From the NCBI RefSeq assembly GCF_009914755.1, contig NC_060935.1: a DNA stretch of 64,000 bases; one strand, 5' to 3'. Under the pieces are notes generated by a model that worked only from the letters and a program-made list of their open reading frames with translations, ran no database searches and was not told the DNA's origin. Shown piece after piece: positions 40,432 through 61,160 of this stretch. Position 1 is the first letter of the stretch. Each line of letters starts with the position of its first letter. A program made the position numbers and the translations under genes. This DNA comes from the human T2T-CHM13v2.0 reference genome, Homo sapiens.

Positions 40432-41566
40432 CTTAATTTTCTTCTTTTTCATTGGTATTGATGAATTTGTAAGATTTTTACTAGAAGGACGAGAGTTTCG
40501 CTCACGTTCATCTAATTCCTCAATTTTCCGCTTTTTTGTGGTGCTCCTTGAAGATGCTCTAAACTGTTGTGTGTTATCTTTCAGAGGAGTTGCTGAAGTA
40601 GTCCTAGAAATGGCTGCCCTGGAGAGAATCATTAATGTGTGGGCAGCCATATTTACACTGTTTTCACTTCCTGTTTCACTGGCAGGGCTGCAGGCAGGCA
40701 AGTCTGGGGTGACAGGAGGGACCATTACTTTTGATGTACTACTGTCTTCACTGAAACGCCTACTAGAGGGGGCCTTGATAATATCTATAGGTTCTTCTTT
40801 ATGTTTTTCCCCTGCCCCTGAGCCAGGTGTCCGGGGCACAGGTAAATCACTACTATCAGCAAGCCTACTTACTGAGCTGTGCCTCTGTATATCCTGTAAC
40901 ATTTCTGTGGTAATCAAAGAACTGGCGGATTTAGTTTGTTCTTGTTTTAGATCCTTCACAGCTGTACCTACTGAAAGTACATTTTTATTGTTTGAAGATG
41001 TGCCTTGTTTTTTGGTCATTTCTTGCAGTGAAGCTATAGATTTCTCACTTCGCAAACCCCCATTTTGCTGCCCAATAGATAGTTTTGAATTTTCTGGATT
41101 TTTCTGTCTTTCTACATCGCTGCATAATTCATTCTCCTTATTAGCTGTTGCTTTATGGAAAGATTCAAGCACAATTTCTGTTGGTGAAACTTTCTTTTCT
41201 GATTGAGTTTCTCTTATGGTGGTATGCCGGCTAATGGCACTTTCCGATTTAGATAAAATCTTAGGCAGAGGAGGCTTCTCTTTCTCTCTTTTGATAGCAT
41301 TATTAGAAGGGGGTTTTAAGGTGGAGGACACATTGGGTGAGTCAAGATTAGGAAAAGAGACTGCATTCCTTTCTTTGTTTTGGGACACCATCTTATGGTT
41401 TGGCCCCTGCGTATTTGCCACAGGAGCAGTAGTGCTGTCGAAACAGAGTACACGTCTGTGGCATGGTTTAGCAGCTGGAACTATACTCTCTTCTGGGAAG
41501 GGAACTGTGGTTTCTTCTGATTTTTTCCCAATATCTGTGGCAATACTTTTGTCAGAAACTTCAGTT
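40432..41566 (-). CDS. NPAT: NPAT exon 17 (residues ~1024-1402; CDK sites S1100, T1270, T1350; basic NLS-like tracts)
   Basis: Within ORF 40381-41643; acceptor ttttag|; ends AAG|gcaagt (GC donor); 1135 nt. Counting back from a 1427-aa protein puts SP/TP motifs exactly at 1100, 1270 and 1350. Confidence 0.95.
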
Positions 41567-41671
41567 CTAAAACAAAACAAAACAAAACTATTTCTAGCAG
41601 CATAAAGAAATCCTTTATGTTTTAAATCTGAGCATTCAAACAATCTATGATAGAAACTACTTTATACTCAC

Positions 41672-41732
41672 TTTTGTGCATGACATCCAACTGAATGACC
41701 TGACGAATCCACCAAATTATTTACTTGTTTTC
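41672..41732 (-). CDS. NPAT: NPAT exon 16 (GKQVNNLVDSSGHSVGCHAQK)
   Basis: ttcag| and |gtgagt; 61 nt; restores phase between exons 15 and 17. Not shown in the ORF track. Confidence 0.93.
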
Positions 41733-41895
41733 CTGAAATTATAAATGAACATTCCTGAGAAAAAGAATATACTCCTCTGAAAGAGGATAGAACAGATGAC
41801 AATTATCACATATCATGAGAAAAAATTTTAAATGGTAGCTAATGTACACACAAATAGAACACGTTGACAAAGCAGCTTTTAAAAAGCAGCTTTGA

Positions 41896-42932
<1,037 letters not shown>

Positions 42933-44281
42933 CCTTTAAGGGTGTTAAATAGGGAAGATGCATGAATAGGTTTATGTCTTTGGAAGATCTGGCAATAATG
43001 TGGAAGATGGAACTGAGAAGACAGAAAACTGGAAGTAGAAACTCTATGTAGATGGCTATATTCCAGGTAAGAGATGATGAGGGTCTGAGAGACAATAATG
43101 GGCATGTACATTTCCAAAAGTAAAGGAAAAAAATAAATTGTGACATTAACCAAGGGGAAAAACACTAGGCAGAAGAAGTCTTTGAGGAAGAGAGGTGAGA
43201 AATATGTAGTTTGAAGGCCTTGAGTTACACAAAATTAGCAAGGGTGGAGAATAGTTTAGTTATGGCTCCAGAAGCCACCATAGTATCAACAGTTATAGAG
43301 AAAGCAAAGTAAGGTAAGAATGGAAAAGTTTCAATGCATAATGCAATATTAGGAGGCCACTGGTGACTCTAGTGTAGACAGTTTCAGTAGATGCATGAGA
43401 AAAGACAGTAATTTGAATGAAGAAATGGAAGATTAAGAGAGGTTAAGAGATTAACATAAAAAGTCAGCAGGTGGGACAAACCTATGTTTATAGCCAGGGA
43501 GAGAAGCCAAACAGGAAAAGTTGAAACATATATAGAAGATAAGAAACTGGAGCACATGTAGACTGCATTAACCTTAGAAAGAATGAAGGACAGTTATTTC
43601 TTTAAGAAAGAAGGATGATTTTGGAAGCAGAATAGGTTATGTACTGAATGAAAGTGATGATCAGAAAGTGAAGTTTAATACTGGTAAGATGGAAAATAAA
43701 ACCACTAGCTAAGAGTGAGGAGGAGCAGGACTAGATTTGAGACGTGTTGTGCAAGACTGGAATAGTTTGAAGGAGGAACAGAAGAGAAAGCAGACACGCA
43801 GATATTTAAAATGATTGCCAAGTGGAAGGTGGGTGAGAAATACATTTTTTTTAAGTGGTAGGGAATGGTAGCACTTCTAAGGCAATGCTAAGAAGCCCAG
43901 GTGTAAAAGTTGAGATGGCTGGCTGGACAGATCAAGGGCTATAGAGTAGCTAGTGGCTATGTAGAAGAATGTGGATATGTAGGTTATTAAGAAAACTGGC
44001 CAAAGTGGCTGATGTGGTGGCTTGTGGGCTCTAGGCTGTTTAGTAAAGGAAGTGAATCCGGAAAGAAGACACAAGTTCAGGTAAAAGGTGAGGATTCAAG
44101 TAAGAAAAGCTATCACTGGTTGAAGAGGAATTCAATGGGTATATGGAAACAAGTGTGTTTTGAGACACATCACTGGCCTTTAAAAATCTTGTAAGTCTAA
44201 TAAAAAGGTGAAAAATTCAAGGTGTGGCTATAGGAGAGGTTGGCTGAAGTAAAAATAAGTCTTAGTAGTGGAAAGGATCTA

Positions 44282-46020
<1,739 letters not shown>

Positions 46021-46935
46021 TTAATTGTTTGACTTTTTACTTTTAGGTCTTTAATCATCTTGGACTTCATCTTTGTATGAGGAAGGGATCTACTTTCTTC
46101 TCTATATATTGTATATTTAATGATCAATACATTTCATATATTATACCATCCATCTTGCTCTGACTTCTGATGTTAACATTACCATGTACAAGGTCTCTTT
46201 CTAAACTATCTTGTTCCATTTGTCTTTTTGTTTTAATTACTGTGGCTCTGCAATATTTTACCATTTGGTAGAATGAGTCTGTCCTCTGCTCTTCTATCTT
46301 GGCTAGTCATGGACTTTTATTCTTTCTCATAGATTTTATAGTTTTTCCCATCTCCCAAAATATTCTACTGGGATTTTTAAGGAAAATTACATTGAATTTT
46401 TGATTCAACTTGGAATAATTGCAATCTTTACACTGTTAAATTTTCAAATCTATGAACATGGTTCTCTTCTATTTATACATCCTTTATGAAAGATTTCAAA
46501 TATTCTCCATTTCTAACATTTTTGGTTAGGTTACTTCCTTTATACTTTATCATTTTTGTGGTCATTATAAACAGTATCTTATTTTGTATAACACTTAATA
46601 GGTGTTTATTGTTGGCACCTAAAACACAATTTTAATTAACCATACCTGGCAACTTTACTGAATTATTAGTTCTATTAATTTTTCTATTAACTCCCTGTGG
46701 CTTTATTGTGTAAAAATCACATCATTTTCCATAACAGTTTAATTCCCTCTCTTCAAATCTTTACACCTATCTCTTTTCTTTTCTGAGACAGGGTCTCACT
46801 GTTGCCCAGACTGGAATGCAGTGGCATGATCATGGCTTACTTACAGCCTCAACCTCCTGGACTTAAGCAATCCTTCTGCCTCACCCTCCCGAATAGTTGG
46901 GACTACTATCTGCCACCACAGCTGGCTACTTTTAA

Positions 46936-47136
<201 letters not shown>

Positions 47137-48807
47137 TAATCAGATGTCAGTGGGGCAAAAAACTGATTACTTAATAATTAATTTACTGGTGTTGGAAACA
47201 CTGGCTTATTACATACAGGGTGGGAATGAGTATCTTTGTGTTATTCACAGCTTTAAAGGGAACCCATGATGTTTACTATAGATAGCCTTTAAGAGCTTTT
47301 ATCGTAAATGGATGCTTAACCTCACCAATGTTTTTTTCTGGTATCAACTTTGTAAGGGATAAAAACAAGTGTCAGACTGTGAAGACATCTGTGATATGTT
47401 ACTAATAAAAGTATAACACCTCAACAGACAGGAAATTTAATAGAGAAGTAGGAAAAGGATATGAATAAGCAATTCACAGAAGGGAAAATATTATTTATAG
47501 TTATAAGAGAAGATTCCAAACTTTATTAGTAATCAGAATAAAGTAAAAGAATGATATGAGATACTACCACTTTAAATCCATCATAGTGGCAAAAGTTAAA
47601 ATATCACATGGTATCAAATATTGGTAGTGTTGTGAGGGAAGCAGGGAAAATAATGGTAGAAGTATAAATTTTCTTCTCTATGACTCAGAAATTCTGGGTC
47701 ATAGAGAAGATATACTTCTTCTCTATTATACCCAGTATACCCAAAGATTTCTGGGAATAAGCCCCCAAAGAAACTCTCATATGGGTTCACACAGAGGCAT
47801 TTACAAAGATGTTCCTCATATCATTGCATGTCACATCGAAAACATCTGAAAAGTCCACTGATAGGACATATATAAAATACATTTATGCAAGTGATAGATA
47901 TCAAATGGCCATTAAAAGGAATGAACTAGTTATAAGAAAGAACATAAAAATAATATAGAGTAGCTATAACAGGACATAAGTCTAAGAGGGTGCCTCAATA
48001 AGTCAAAATGCAACTTAAGCCTACATCAATAGATGTATACTGTTTAGTTTAAGGAAAGGCTGATTTGATAGCAGTTAGTTGAGTTCTCTGTATAATGAGT
48101 GCATTTAAGATACTCAGACTACTGAGAAGAAATACAATGTAATGTGTTAAGTGCTGTAGCATAGGTATCACTAAGAATTAAAGAAAAAAATAAAACCGGA
48201 ATATCCACCTCAGCCACCGCTGGTTAAAAATGCTTCCTAGGAACATTTAAGTTAATTTCGAAGGATAAATAAGAACCAGATTGAGGGTAAGAGTTGGGTA
48301 AGAAGGGGGAATTCTAGGTAGAAGAGATAGCATTGGTAAAAGGTACAGGGACAAGAAAGATCACCAAGTATAAGGTGAGCAGCAACTATAGTTTGTACAA
48401 AGGGTCCATGCTGGGAAGTGGTAAGAGATGAGATGGAGAGGTCGAGAGTGACTAGATGACAAATGTATGCACATATGTCACCCTGAGAAATTTCAATTTT
48501 ATCCTTTGGGCAAAGGGGAGTTGCTGAAAGTTTTTAGGCAGGAAAGCAACATATTCAGATTTGTATTTTAGGGAAAAAAAGTCACTCAGCCAGCAGATAT
48601 GAGGTGAACTGAAACAACAGAGACTAAAAGAAGGGAGACTACATGACACTATTGATACAACTTAGATGAAAAATGACAAATACTTGAACTAAGAAGGAGA
48701 GGAAAATGTGTTTTAAGAGTGACTACCAGGTTTTTCACAAGTAAACAGATGGTTGGGACAATGGCTAAAACAGGGAACACAGGAAGGTAATTTGCAAACT
48801 TTAAAGC

Positions 48808-48972
48808 CTTGCTTCAAGTGTGGTCCAGTACCAGCAGCACTGGCATTGCTTAGAAGCTGTTAGAAATGAGGAATTTCAGGTGCTGTACCAGACCTATCAA
48901 TTCAGTACCTGCATTTAACAAAATCCCCAAGTAGTTCATATACACACTAAACTACAAGAAGAACTGCTCTAA
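48808..48972. mobile_element. MER5-family hAT-Charlie fossil
   Basis: 'caagtgtggtccagtaccagcagcactggcatt...gttagaaatg...tgcatttaacaaaatcccca'. Confidence 0.7.
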
Positions 48973-49297
48973 AGTCTCATACAATTATACGAGGCATTCA
49001 TTAAACACTTGAAAGCTGTTGGGAAAAATAGGGACTATACTTAATTTAGGGAAGCTGCAAAGAACAAACCAAGGACTACTGGGCAAAAGCTAACAGATTC
49101 AACAAAGGAGACAATTTTCTCAGAACCAAAGCTGTTCAGTAACAGTTGGCTGCATTATGACATCTGTTACTAGCAAATGTAGGGTGATCACTTGTTTTAA
49201 AATGGTTTAGGTATTCAGAAAGAAAACATTTAGGTGTTGCTGCAAACAAATGAACATACAAACATAAAGTTAACATTAATGAAATTAAAAATGGTAC

Positions 49298-49406
49298 CTA
49301 TACAAGGCTTGTTTCTTAGTCCCTGAGCCTTCTGAGATTTTGGAGGGACGGGGAATTGAGGGATACTTCTATTGCATACAGGTGCTGTCAAAGGCATATG
49401 AAGAAC
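49298..49406 (-). CDS. NPAT: NPAT exon 15 (VLHMPLTAPVCNRSIPQFPVPPKSQKAQGLRNKPCI)
   Basis: ttccag| and |gtacca; 109 nt. Confidence 0.93.
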
Positions 49407-49481
49407 CTGGAAGAGAAAAAGCCATTAATTACACTAAGCTTGAAAAGCATCACCACACCATTTTCAGTTCATAAATCTTAC

Positions 49482-49597
49482 CTGCCGAGGAGGAGTAGAA
49501 AAGTTATTTCCATTCTGTCCAACCACAGATACTGGGATCATCCCTACCATTCCTTGGAGTACAGGCTGGACTGGAGAGGCAATTATTATGGCAGATC
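49482..49597 (-). CDS. NPAT: NPAT exon 14 (GSAIIIASPVQPVLQGMVGMIPVSVVGQNGNNFSTPPRQ)
   Basis: tttttag| and |gtaaga; 116 nt; followed by a 75-nt intron. Confidence 0.94.
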
Positions 49598-50608
49598 CTA
49601 AAAAAACAATTCTTGTTAAAAAAAGATTTTCTCTGAAATGTTTTGGCACAAAACAAACAAATGTTTGGCACAAATTAATTACTGCTTTGAAATAAATTCT
49701 ATGAACAATCCCTCTTCCTTACGATCCACTCTCCAAAAACAAAACAAAACAAAACAAAAAAAACGAAACTGAAACAGTTTTAGGAAAAACAGCAAGGCTA
49801 ACAAATTAAGAAAAAGTCAATCCAAATATTAAGGTGGTCTTAATGTTATTCAGTCAGTGAACCATGCTGATCAAGCATAAGACTCTACAGCCAAGACATC
49901 ATATTACAATCATATCTGGATTCCTCTAGAAATAATGAAACTAGTTAGAAAATGAGTGGTGAATGTTTCAAGTCTGAACCTTACACCAGAAAATTACAAC
50001 CCCAACTGAATATTTATACCCAGGACTACACTTGTAACCCCAACCTATTACATATCTCAATGGTATTGATCAAAAGGGGGTAAGGTAAGCACGTAACTGG
50101 TCAAAACTATGGAGGGAAAATTACAATGTCTACATGGTCCTCAGAAGTCAACAACATAGTTTGTGGCTACTGTAATTTAGTCCTGTCCATAAACAAACTT
50201 TTGCCTAATACACTACTGTCAGGTTGATCCCCTCATTTTCATGCAACCTACTACGGTCTCTCTGTCTATGCTGGTGCTGCTTCTCTTTATAACTTACAGA
50301 TTTTATAAGTTATAAAAACTTCCTTGCTTTAACTCCAAATCCTACCTTCATTCTTTAAGCTTTAGCTCAAGCCCCACATTCTCTATTAATTCTGACCTCT
50401 CCTTTATGTAATTTGTAACAGCACGTAAAACAGACCCATTAGGTTTAATACTAATTGTTGATATTTAATGAAATTTTATTGTATGTCTATAATGTAACAA
50501 AAAGGGAAAAGAGGGAAGCTTGGGAACCAACACATAAGGAAATGTAAATAAATGTGCCATGAGCACTATCTCTGAGGAACATACAATAAAAAATTATCAA
50601 TATGATAG

Positions 50609-51344
<736 letters not shown>

Positions 51345-51753
51345 TGAAATTCAAGTTTTTCTTGAAAATTTCTCCAAAAAGATGATGAATTCCCTGAAGA
51401 CCATGACTATAAGAGCTATTTTTAAAAACTCCCCCACAACATTGGGTTTTATACAACTATGTGATGAATTAGTCTGTCTTTTCTGTTTATTGTAACTTAC
51501 TAGCACATAGATTGAGAAGTATTTGTGAAAAGAAAAAAGAAAAACCACTAAAGCCCATAGCTTACTAGCAGATTAAGAAAAATAAAAAAGGTTTGAATTA
51601 GCTAGCATAAAGAAGCAGCGTAATCACAAATTTCAGAATCTTTTCTCATACCATCTACTCATTAGTTATTACTTCGCAGTCAATAACATCACATACAAAA
51701 GAAATTAGATCCCAACCCAGAGAAACAAATTTCAATTATGTTATTAAAGTTAC

Positions 51754-53406
51754 CTTGTGAAAAGTTTGGTGACACAGCTTGGTTGACAGCAAATACACTG
51801 TTTGACCTTGGTGGTGTCTGTAACTGAGGTGGTAGAGGTTGAGCAGTCATAGGTGCAGAATTTCCAGGCAACACCACTACATTAGACTGACTTACAGATG
51901 TTCCTAACGCTGTTGGATCAGTCACACAGGTAGCTATCAGAATGTTATTTGAATTGCCAAAAGCTGTGCTTGTGGCTGGCATCAACTGTATATATCCTCC
52001 ATCCTTGGAAACACATGGTGTAACATTAGCTGAAAAAGCAATGCCATCTTCATTCTGAGTATTGTTTACTGCAGAGTCTTCAGATTTGAATGTTAAAAGA
52101 CTCTGTTCCATTGAGGCTGAATCCCCTACTTCGGCATATACAACAGCACCTACAGTTTCTTCTGAAGATAGGCATTTAACTAGTTCTGCATTTTTAGTAG
52201 GTGATTTAGTAGGAGAAGACAAGATTATAGTTGGCAGGTTTTCTCCATTAATACTAGAAACAGCACTGGTAAGTTCAGTATCTGAGGAAACAAATGGATC
52301 ATCACTAATGATAACTTTGAGAGAGACGATATTTGATGCATCTATCTCTGCTGAGTTGTTGCTAGAAGGTTTATCATCAGTATTTTGGGACTCAGGGTGA
52401 GAATCTCCCACTGAAGAACACACAGATTCTGGAGGAAGAGAGTGACTGTTTTCTACAGGAGTGCCTTCTGGAGGCGTCAGTGCAACTTTCTCACAGTTAG
52501 CATTTCCACCTAAAGAGAGAAAAATAGTATTCTCTTCTTTTACAGAAGATGAAGGCTCCTGTGAATTCTCAGACTTGGATGCCTGAGCTTCATTTTCTGT
52601 ATGATTTAACTCAACAGATGCTGAATCATTAGATGGTTGTTTAGTAGAAGACAGCGAATCTCCAAGATGAATTTCTACTTGTCCAGATACATTTAAATGT
52701 GAACTTTCAACAGACACAGGTAGTATTTCACTTTGAAGACAAGAATTATCTTGGCAATTTGATAGCTGTGACATAACTGGTTCTAACACATTAATTTCTA
52801 TTTTACTCTTGTGAATTTCACTAGAATCTGATGACTTGGAACCATGAAAATTAATTTTAAGTTTTACTGTATCATTAGAATTTTCACAAAATTGACTTTT
52901 TTTAGATGGCTTTCCAGTTAATGAAGTATCTTGGGATAAAAGTTGAGAACTCTTCCCAGAGAGAATTAAGTTTTCATTGTTAGCTTCACAACCAAGTGAA
53001 ACAAATGAAGTTATTGGTATATCAGGCTGATCAGGCTGTAACTGAGATTCACTCGGTACATTTGAAGACAAAGAGTTCTTTTCAATCCCTATAGCCATTT
53101 CAGTTTCAGTGGACATCTGATTGGTGTATAATTCAGCACAATGTGGATTACATTCAGCATTAGAATTCCCTCTTTGGTTAAAGTCATTCAAATTAGGCAC
53201 GGACTCAAAGGTAATGTCAATGTCACACTTCTGTTCAGTGGGTACAGCTGTTTTAAAGGCCTTTTTCTGTATGCTGGTACTTATTTGGGAAAAATTTTCC
53301 TGGTCTTCTTGTCTAAGCACATCATGGTTGTTGCTATTCTTCAAAGCATTTAATGGGTCATCATTCTGATAGGATGTACAAAAAGCGGGCTGACCAGACT
53401 GACCAT
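51754..53406 (-). CDS. NPAT: NPAT exon 13 (1653 nt; Ser/Asn/Glu-rich disordered region; CDK2 sites S775/S779, SSPTKSPTK)
   Basis: ORF 51689-53344; ttgcag| and |gtaact; S775 codon at 52216-52214, S779 at 52204-52202. Confidence 0.96.
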
Positions 53407-54171
53407 CTGCAAAGTATCAGGCAGGTAGACAGATATGGTAAATATGTTCAGCTTCTGAGGTAGTCATTTTTGCCATAAAACTTATTTTGCCAAGAAAATA
53501 ACTCATCTTTGCATACCAGTAAGTGGAAGTCTGATACGCTGTGTTTCCCATTTACTGAGTATCAAAAAATTTACAGGTACTTTCTAGTTACTGATGACTT
53601 TTTACACAAGTGTCAATTTGTTTTCCAAGCTTGGAAGACAGATGATACAAAGAAGGAAAAAGTAAAGAGGTTTAATATTTCAATAGGTAAAAAACATACT
53701 GGCTCCAAAAATGAAGTTTATTTTGAAACACTAACTTTTCAACTTCTAACATTTCTTCTGACTTTAATTTATCTACTGTCTCGGCCTCCCAAAGTGCTGG
53801 GATCACAGGCATGAGCCACCACGCCCAACTTATCTGACATATTCTTAAAGGTGAGATGGGGCCAAGTACATTTTGCATGATTGACACTTGATCTCATTGT
53901 GTACTGTTTAACATTAAACACATATTTACTGAAGACCAACCATACTTGGTTACTGGGATACAAAGATGAATGATCCAATCTCTAATCTTGGAGAGGTTAG
54001 TCAAGGAACCAACTATAGAACAGAAAGTCATAAGAAAGCATGGTAAAAACTGTAACAGCATAGGAACAAAAGGTACCATGAGAAAAAATTATAAAGGAGG
54101 CACTGTATGAGAAGATCTTAAAAAAAAAAAAAAAAAAAGAGTATGATATGAGTAAGGAAAGAGTATTTCCT

Positions 54172-54473
54172 TTTTTTTTTTTTTTTGAGACAGAGTCTTG
54201 CTCTGTCGCCCAGGCTGGAGTGCAGCGGTGCGATTCTCAGCTCACTGCAGCCTCTGCCTCCCGGGTTCATGTGATTCTCCTGCCTCAGCCTCTTGAGTAT
54301 CTGGGATCACAGGTGCGCGCCAGCCACCACACCTGGCTAGCTTTTGTATTTTTAGTAGAGGCGCGGTTTCACCGTGTTGGCTAGGCTGGTCCTGAACTCC
54401 TGACCTCAAGTAATCTGCCCTCCCTGGCCTCCCAAATTGCTGGGATTACAGGCATAAGCCACTGTGCCTGGCC
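54172..54473 (-). mobile_element. AluS
   Basis: Alu consensus. Confidence 0.88.
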
Positions 54474-54594
54474 TGGAAAAAGTGTTTCAGAAAACAACAA
54501 TACAGCATTCACAATTTAGGACAGAAAACATTAACTTGAATCAGTATGAAAAATATTTTTTAAAAACCAGAACATTTATGTCAACTAGCATATA

Positions 54595-54924
54595 CAGCAG
54601 TCTCCCATTATCTGTAGTTTTGCTTTCTGTGGTTTCAGTTACCTACAGTCAACCAGCCTAAAAATAGGTGAGTACAGTACAATAAGATATTTTGAGGAAG
54701 ACTACATTCACATAACTTTTATTACAGTATATTGTTATAACTGTCCCATTTTATTATTAGCTATTGTTAATTTCTTACTGTGCTTAACTTTAAATTAAAC
54801 TTTACCATAGGTATGCCTGAAAAGGAAAAAACAGTAAATACTATATAGGCTTTGGTACCACCCAATTTCAGGCACCCACTGGGGGGCTTGGAATATATCC
54901 CCCATAGATAAGGGGGGACTACTC
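54595..54924 (+). mobile_element. MER44A (TcMar-Tigger MITE), full length
   Basis: TA TSD; TIRs cagcagtctcccattatct / agataaggggggactactc; internal 'aaaataggtgagtacagtacaataagatattttgag'. Confidence 0.85.
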
Positions 54925-55800
54925 TAATTCTGTTAAATGTGACACTTGCTGCTGAGTACAGAGCACATCTGAATCCTTATTGTGGGGAAAACAGTAGAAA
55001 TTGTATAGAGGCCACATAAATTCAGGATAAGTAGTTCCTCAGTGAAGTAGGAAGACTTTCTCAGAAAACGGAATTTCAAGTTTCACTTTGTACAGGGAAG
55101 AACTTAAGTGAAACACAATCTTCTAGACATAATATATACTGCAAAAAACACAACCCACTATAATTCAGCCTAAGAAGAAATGGAGAATTGGACTTGATTG
55201 TTGGCAGAGGAATTAAAGGAGGCACACAGTCTGAGATTCTCCAAGGACAGGATGTGAATGAACACTGGAAGCCATCAGATTTTTTACTGGTGGGAGCAGG
55301 TGATAACATTTAAAAACAGGTGCACAAAAAACATGTGCCTTAATAAAAATAAATGTTACAGACTTTTGAGCAACTGAACAACATTAATACTAAATTGTAC
55401 ATGTCAAGAATTGAATTATAAAGGAATGAGGTTGAGTGTGGTGGCTCACACCTGTAATGCTACCTCTGCTTCCCAAAGTGCTGGGAGCATCGTTTGAGGC
55501 TGCATGCAGTGAGCTATGATTGTGCCACTGCACTCCAGCCTGGATGACAAGAGGGAGACCTTGTCTCAAAAAACAAACACACACCAACAAAAAAAGCTTA
55601 TAGTAAAAGAATGAATACTGTAAATTTTCTTTTAATCAAACTACCAAAGATTTATAATTGTTTTTAACAGAGAGAAAAATACAAAAATGACCTATAACAA
55701 TCTGAACAACTTCTACTTCCAAATTAATATTTTCTGCCTTTGAATTTTGAGACTAATATTAAGATTTGGATTGATGATATTAACAAAATTAAATTCTTAC

Positions 55801-55929
55801 CAGATTCTTCTGTTTCAAAAGAACCTTTAACTGCTAGATTAGTTTCATCTGCTAAGACTATACTGGGATTGGATTCCATAGGTTGACTGGAAATACTTTG
55901 TGATATATTTTTATTATTCTTTGTTTTGC
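55801..55929 (-). CDS. NPAT: NPAT exon 12 (GKTKNNKNISQSISSQPMESNPSIVLADETNLAVKGSFETEES)
   Basis: taacag| and |gtaaga; 129 nt. Confidence 0.93.
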
Positions 55930-56099
55930 CTGTTAAAAAGGGAATATGGAAATAATTAAATGACCAAAACAAAAAATAAACATCAATGAATACAGCTTGT
56001 TGGTGATTACGCAAATGTTAAACTTCGATTTAGGGTTTTATGGATGTTTAAAAAATGTTGCTTTTAATATCATTTACAAGTACAAAGATTTTCCCACTA

Positions 56100-56208
56100 G
56101 ACAGGTGTTTCTTAAACTTTAGCCCAGTAATTTGCATTTTCTAACGAGTTCTCAGATAATGCTGAGATTGTTGGTTTGGGGGACTATACTTTGAGAACTA
56201 CTGCACTA
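56100..56208. mobile_element. MER5A-like fossil, internally deleted
   Basis: 'tttgcattttctaac...atactttgagaactactg'. Confidence 0.6.
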
Positions 56209-56548
56209 AATCATAAGATTGAGGACAATGGCCAATTTTTTGTATTCCCTTTGTACGATTCAATTGTGTTTAACACATTTGTATAGTGGTAGACATCAAC
56301 ACATTCCCTGATGACTGGCAAAAATGCCACAAAAATAAAAAACAAAACTACTCTCCACTTTAACAGCTAAAGTTTCTCAGCTAAAAACAAAACAACAAAC
56401 ACTCCTTTAACATATCCATATAATGTTTGATGAAATGAAAACAAGAACTTTTTTAGATACTCTGGGGAATGTTGATTCACTCTGGTTAAGTTACCAAAGA
56501 AATTGTAGAAGCCTTTTTTTTCTGTCTTGAAATAAATAGTCTCCTTAC

Positions 56549-56645
56549 CATAGTCAAAGAGATCAAAGAGTGCCTGAAATGCTGGGTCTGATTCTGTCTG
56601 TTCCAATATGTCCTGTATAGCTTCTTCAGACATGTGAATTTCACT
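56549..56645 (-). CDS. NPAT: NPAT exon 11 with DLFD transactivation motif (SEIHMSEEAIQDILEQTESDPAFQALFDLFDY)
   Basis: ttgcag| and |gtaagg; 97 nt; LFD falls at residues 331-333 by back-counting. Upstream exons lie outside the window. Confidence 0.94.
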
Positions 56646-56716
56646 CTGCAAGAAAGGAGTGGCGTGAAGGCATGATTCTAACTGAATTTATATATATTTA
56701 CATATTAGATATATAT

Positions 56717-57573
56717 AAGACAGGGTCTCACTCTTTTGCTCAGGCTGGAGTGTAGTGGTACAGTGGTAGAGTCACTGTAGCTCACTATAACCTGAAATTC
56801 CTGGGCTCAACTGATGCTCCTGCCTCAGCCTCTTGAGTAGCTGGGACTACAAGTGCACCACTATGCCCAGCTTATTTTATTATTATTATTATTTTTGATA
56901 GAGATGGGGTTGCTACCTTGCCCAGGGTAGTCCAGAACTCTTGGGCTCAAGTGATCTTCTTGCCTCAGCCTCCCAGAGCACTGGGATTATAGATGTGGGC
57001 CACTGTACTCAGCGTGAATAATATGATTTAATACCAGCAAAATAATTAGCAGACACTCGACTATTTCTGACTTTTTATGTAGTAGCATTCCCCCACTCCA
57101 AGAAAATTTCCAATGACATGCTCATTTAAAACAAATTAAAACAAAACTAGATAGGTGTTTCCTAATCCTACTTCTTAGAGGTAAGAACTTTGGTGAATAT
57201 ATTCCTAAACATTAAAATGATATAAAATGAATATACGTATATAAATGGAAATAAAATCATACTATAAAGTTCCCTTTTTTTTGTTTTGAGACAGGGTGTC
57301 ACTCTGTCACCCAAGCTGGAGTGGAATGCAGTGGCGCAATCACAGTTCACTGCAGCCTTGACCTCCCAAGCTCAGGTGATCCTCTCACCTCAGCCTTCTG
57401 AGTAGCTGAAACTACACATGTGTGCCACCACATCCAGCTAGTTTTTATATTTTTAGTAGAGATGGGGTTTTGCCATGTTGCCCAGGCTGGTCTTGAACTC
57501 CTGGGCTCATGCGATCCGCCCACCTCGGCCTCCTAAACTGCTGGGACTACAGGCATGAGTTACTGTGCCTGGC
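56717..57573 (-). mobile_element. Two AluJ (~56717-57013, ~57285-57573)
   Basis: Alu consensus; TSD catactataaagtt around the second. Confidence 0.85.
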
Positions 57574-58009
57574 CCATACTATAAAGTTCTATAATCTACT
57601 TTCTTTACATTACTCTATTGTAGACTGCTTTATAGGTCCTTCAATATAAATCTATTTTATCCCTTTTATCTGTCTGCTCTGGGTTCTTCATGTAAAATGC
57701 TTTCCTTAAATGCTGCCAATCCTTATCTATTCAGCTTTAAAAGTAACATGCCAAAACCTACCTCAAAAGCCCTGTACCAATGGTGGAGGTGAGCTTGTCA
57801 ACTACAAGCTAAGCTATGGAATTATGTTGTAGAACCATTTGTATTTTTAGTTCTTTTGAGTTAGATTTCTTGCTGGGAGGGCTCATGACTGACAACAGTG
57901 TTTCTGGGGGAGTATGAGAAATAGGGAGTAGATACAGTTTAACTCCTTCCTTAATTTTGCACCTTATTATTATTTTTGTGTGTGTGTGTGTGTTCATGAA
58001 TTTCAAGAT

Positions 58010-61160
<3,151 letters not shown>

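Noticed and set aside
40538-41605. 222-aa and 129-aa + strand ORFs
   Set aside because: Antisense shadows of NPAT exon 17, with non-ATG or unsupported starts and no independent gene structure.
50286-50316. 11-bp AT-rich hairpin tttataactta...taagttataaa
   Set aside because: Low complexity and expected by chance in AT-rich intron.
52062-53369. + strand ORFs of 70-112 aa
   Set aside because: Antisense shadows of NPAT exon 13.
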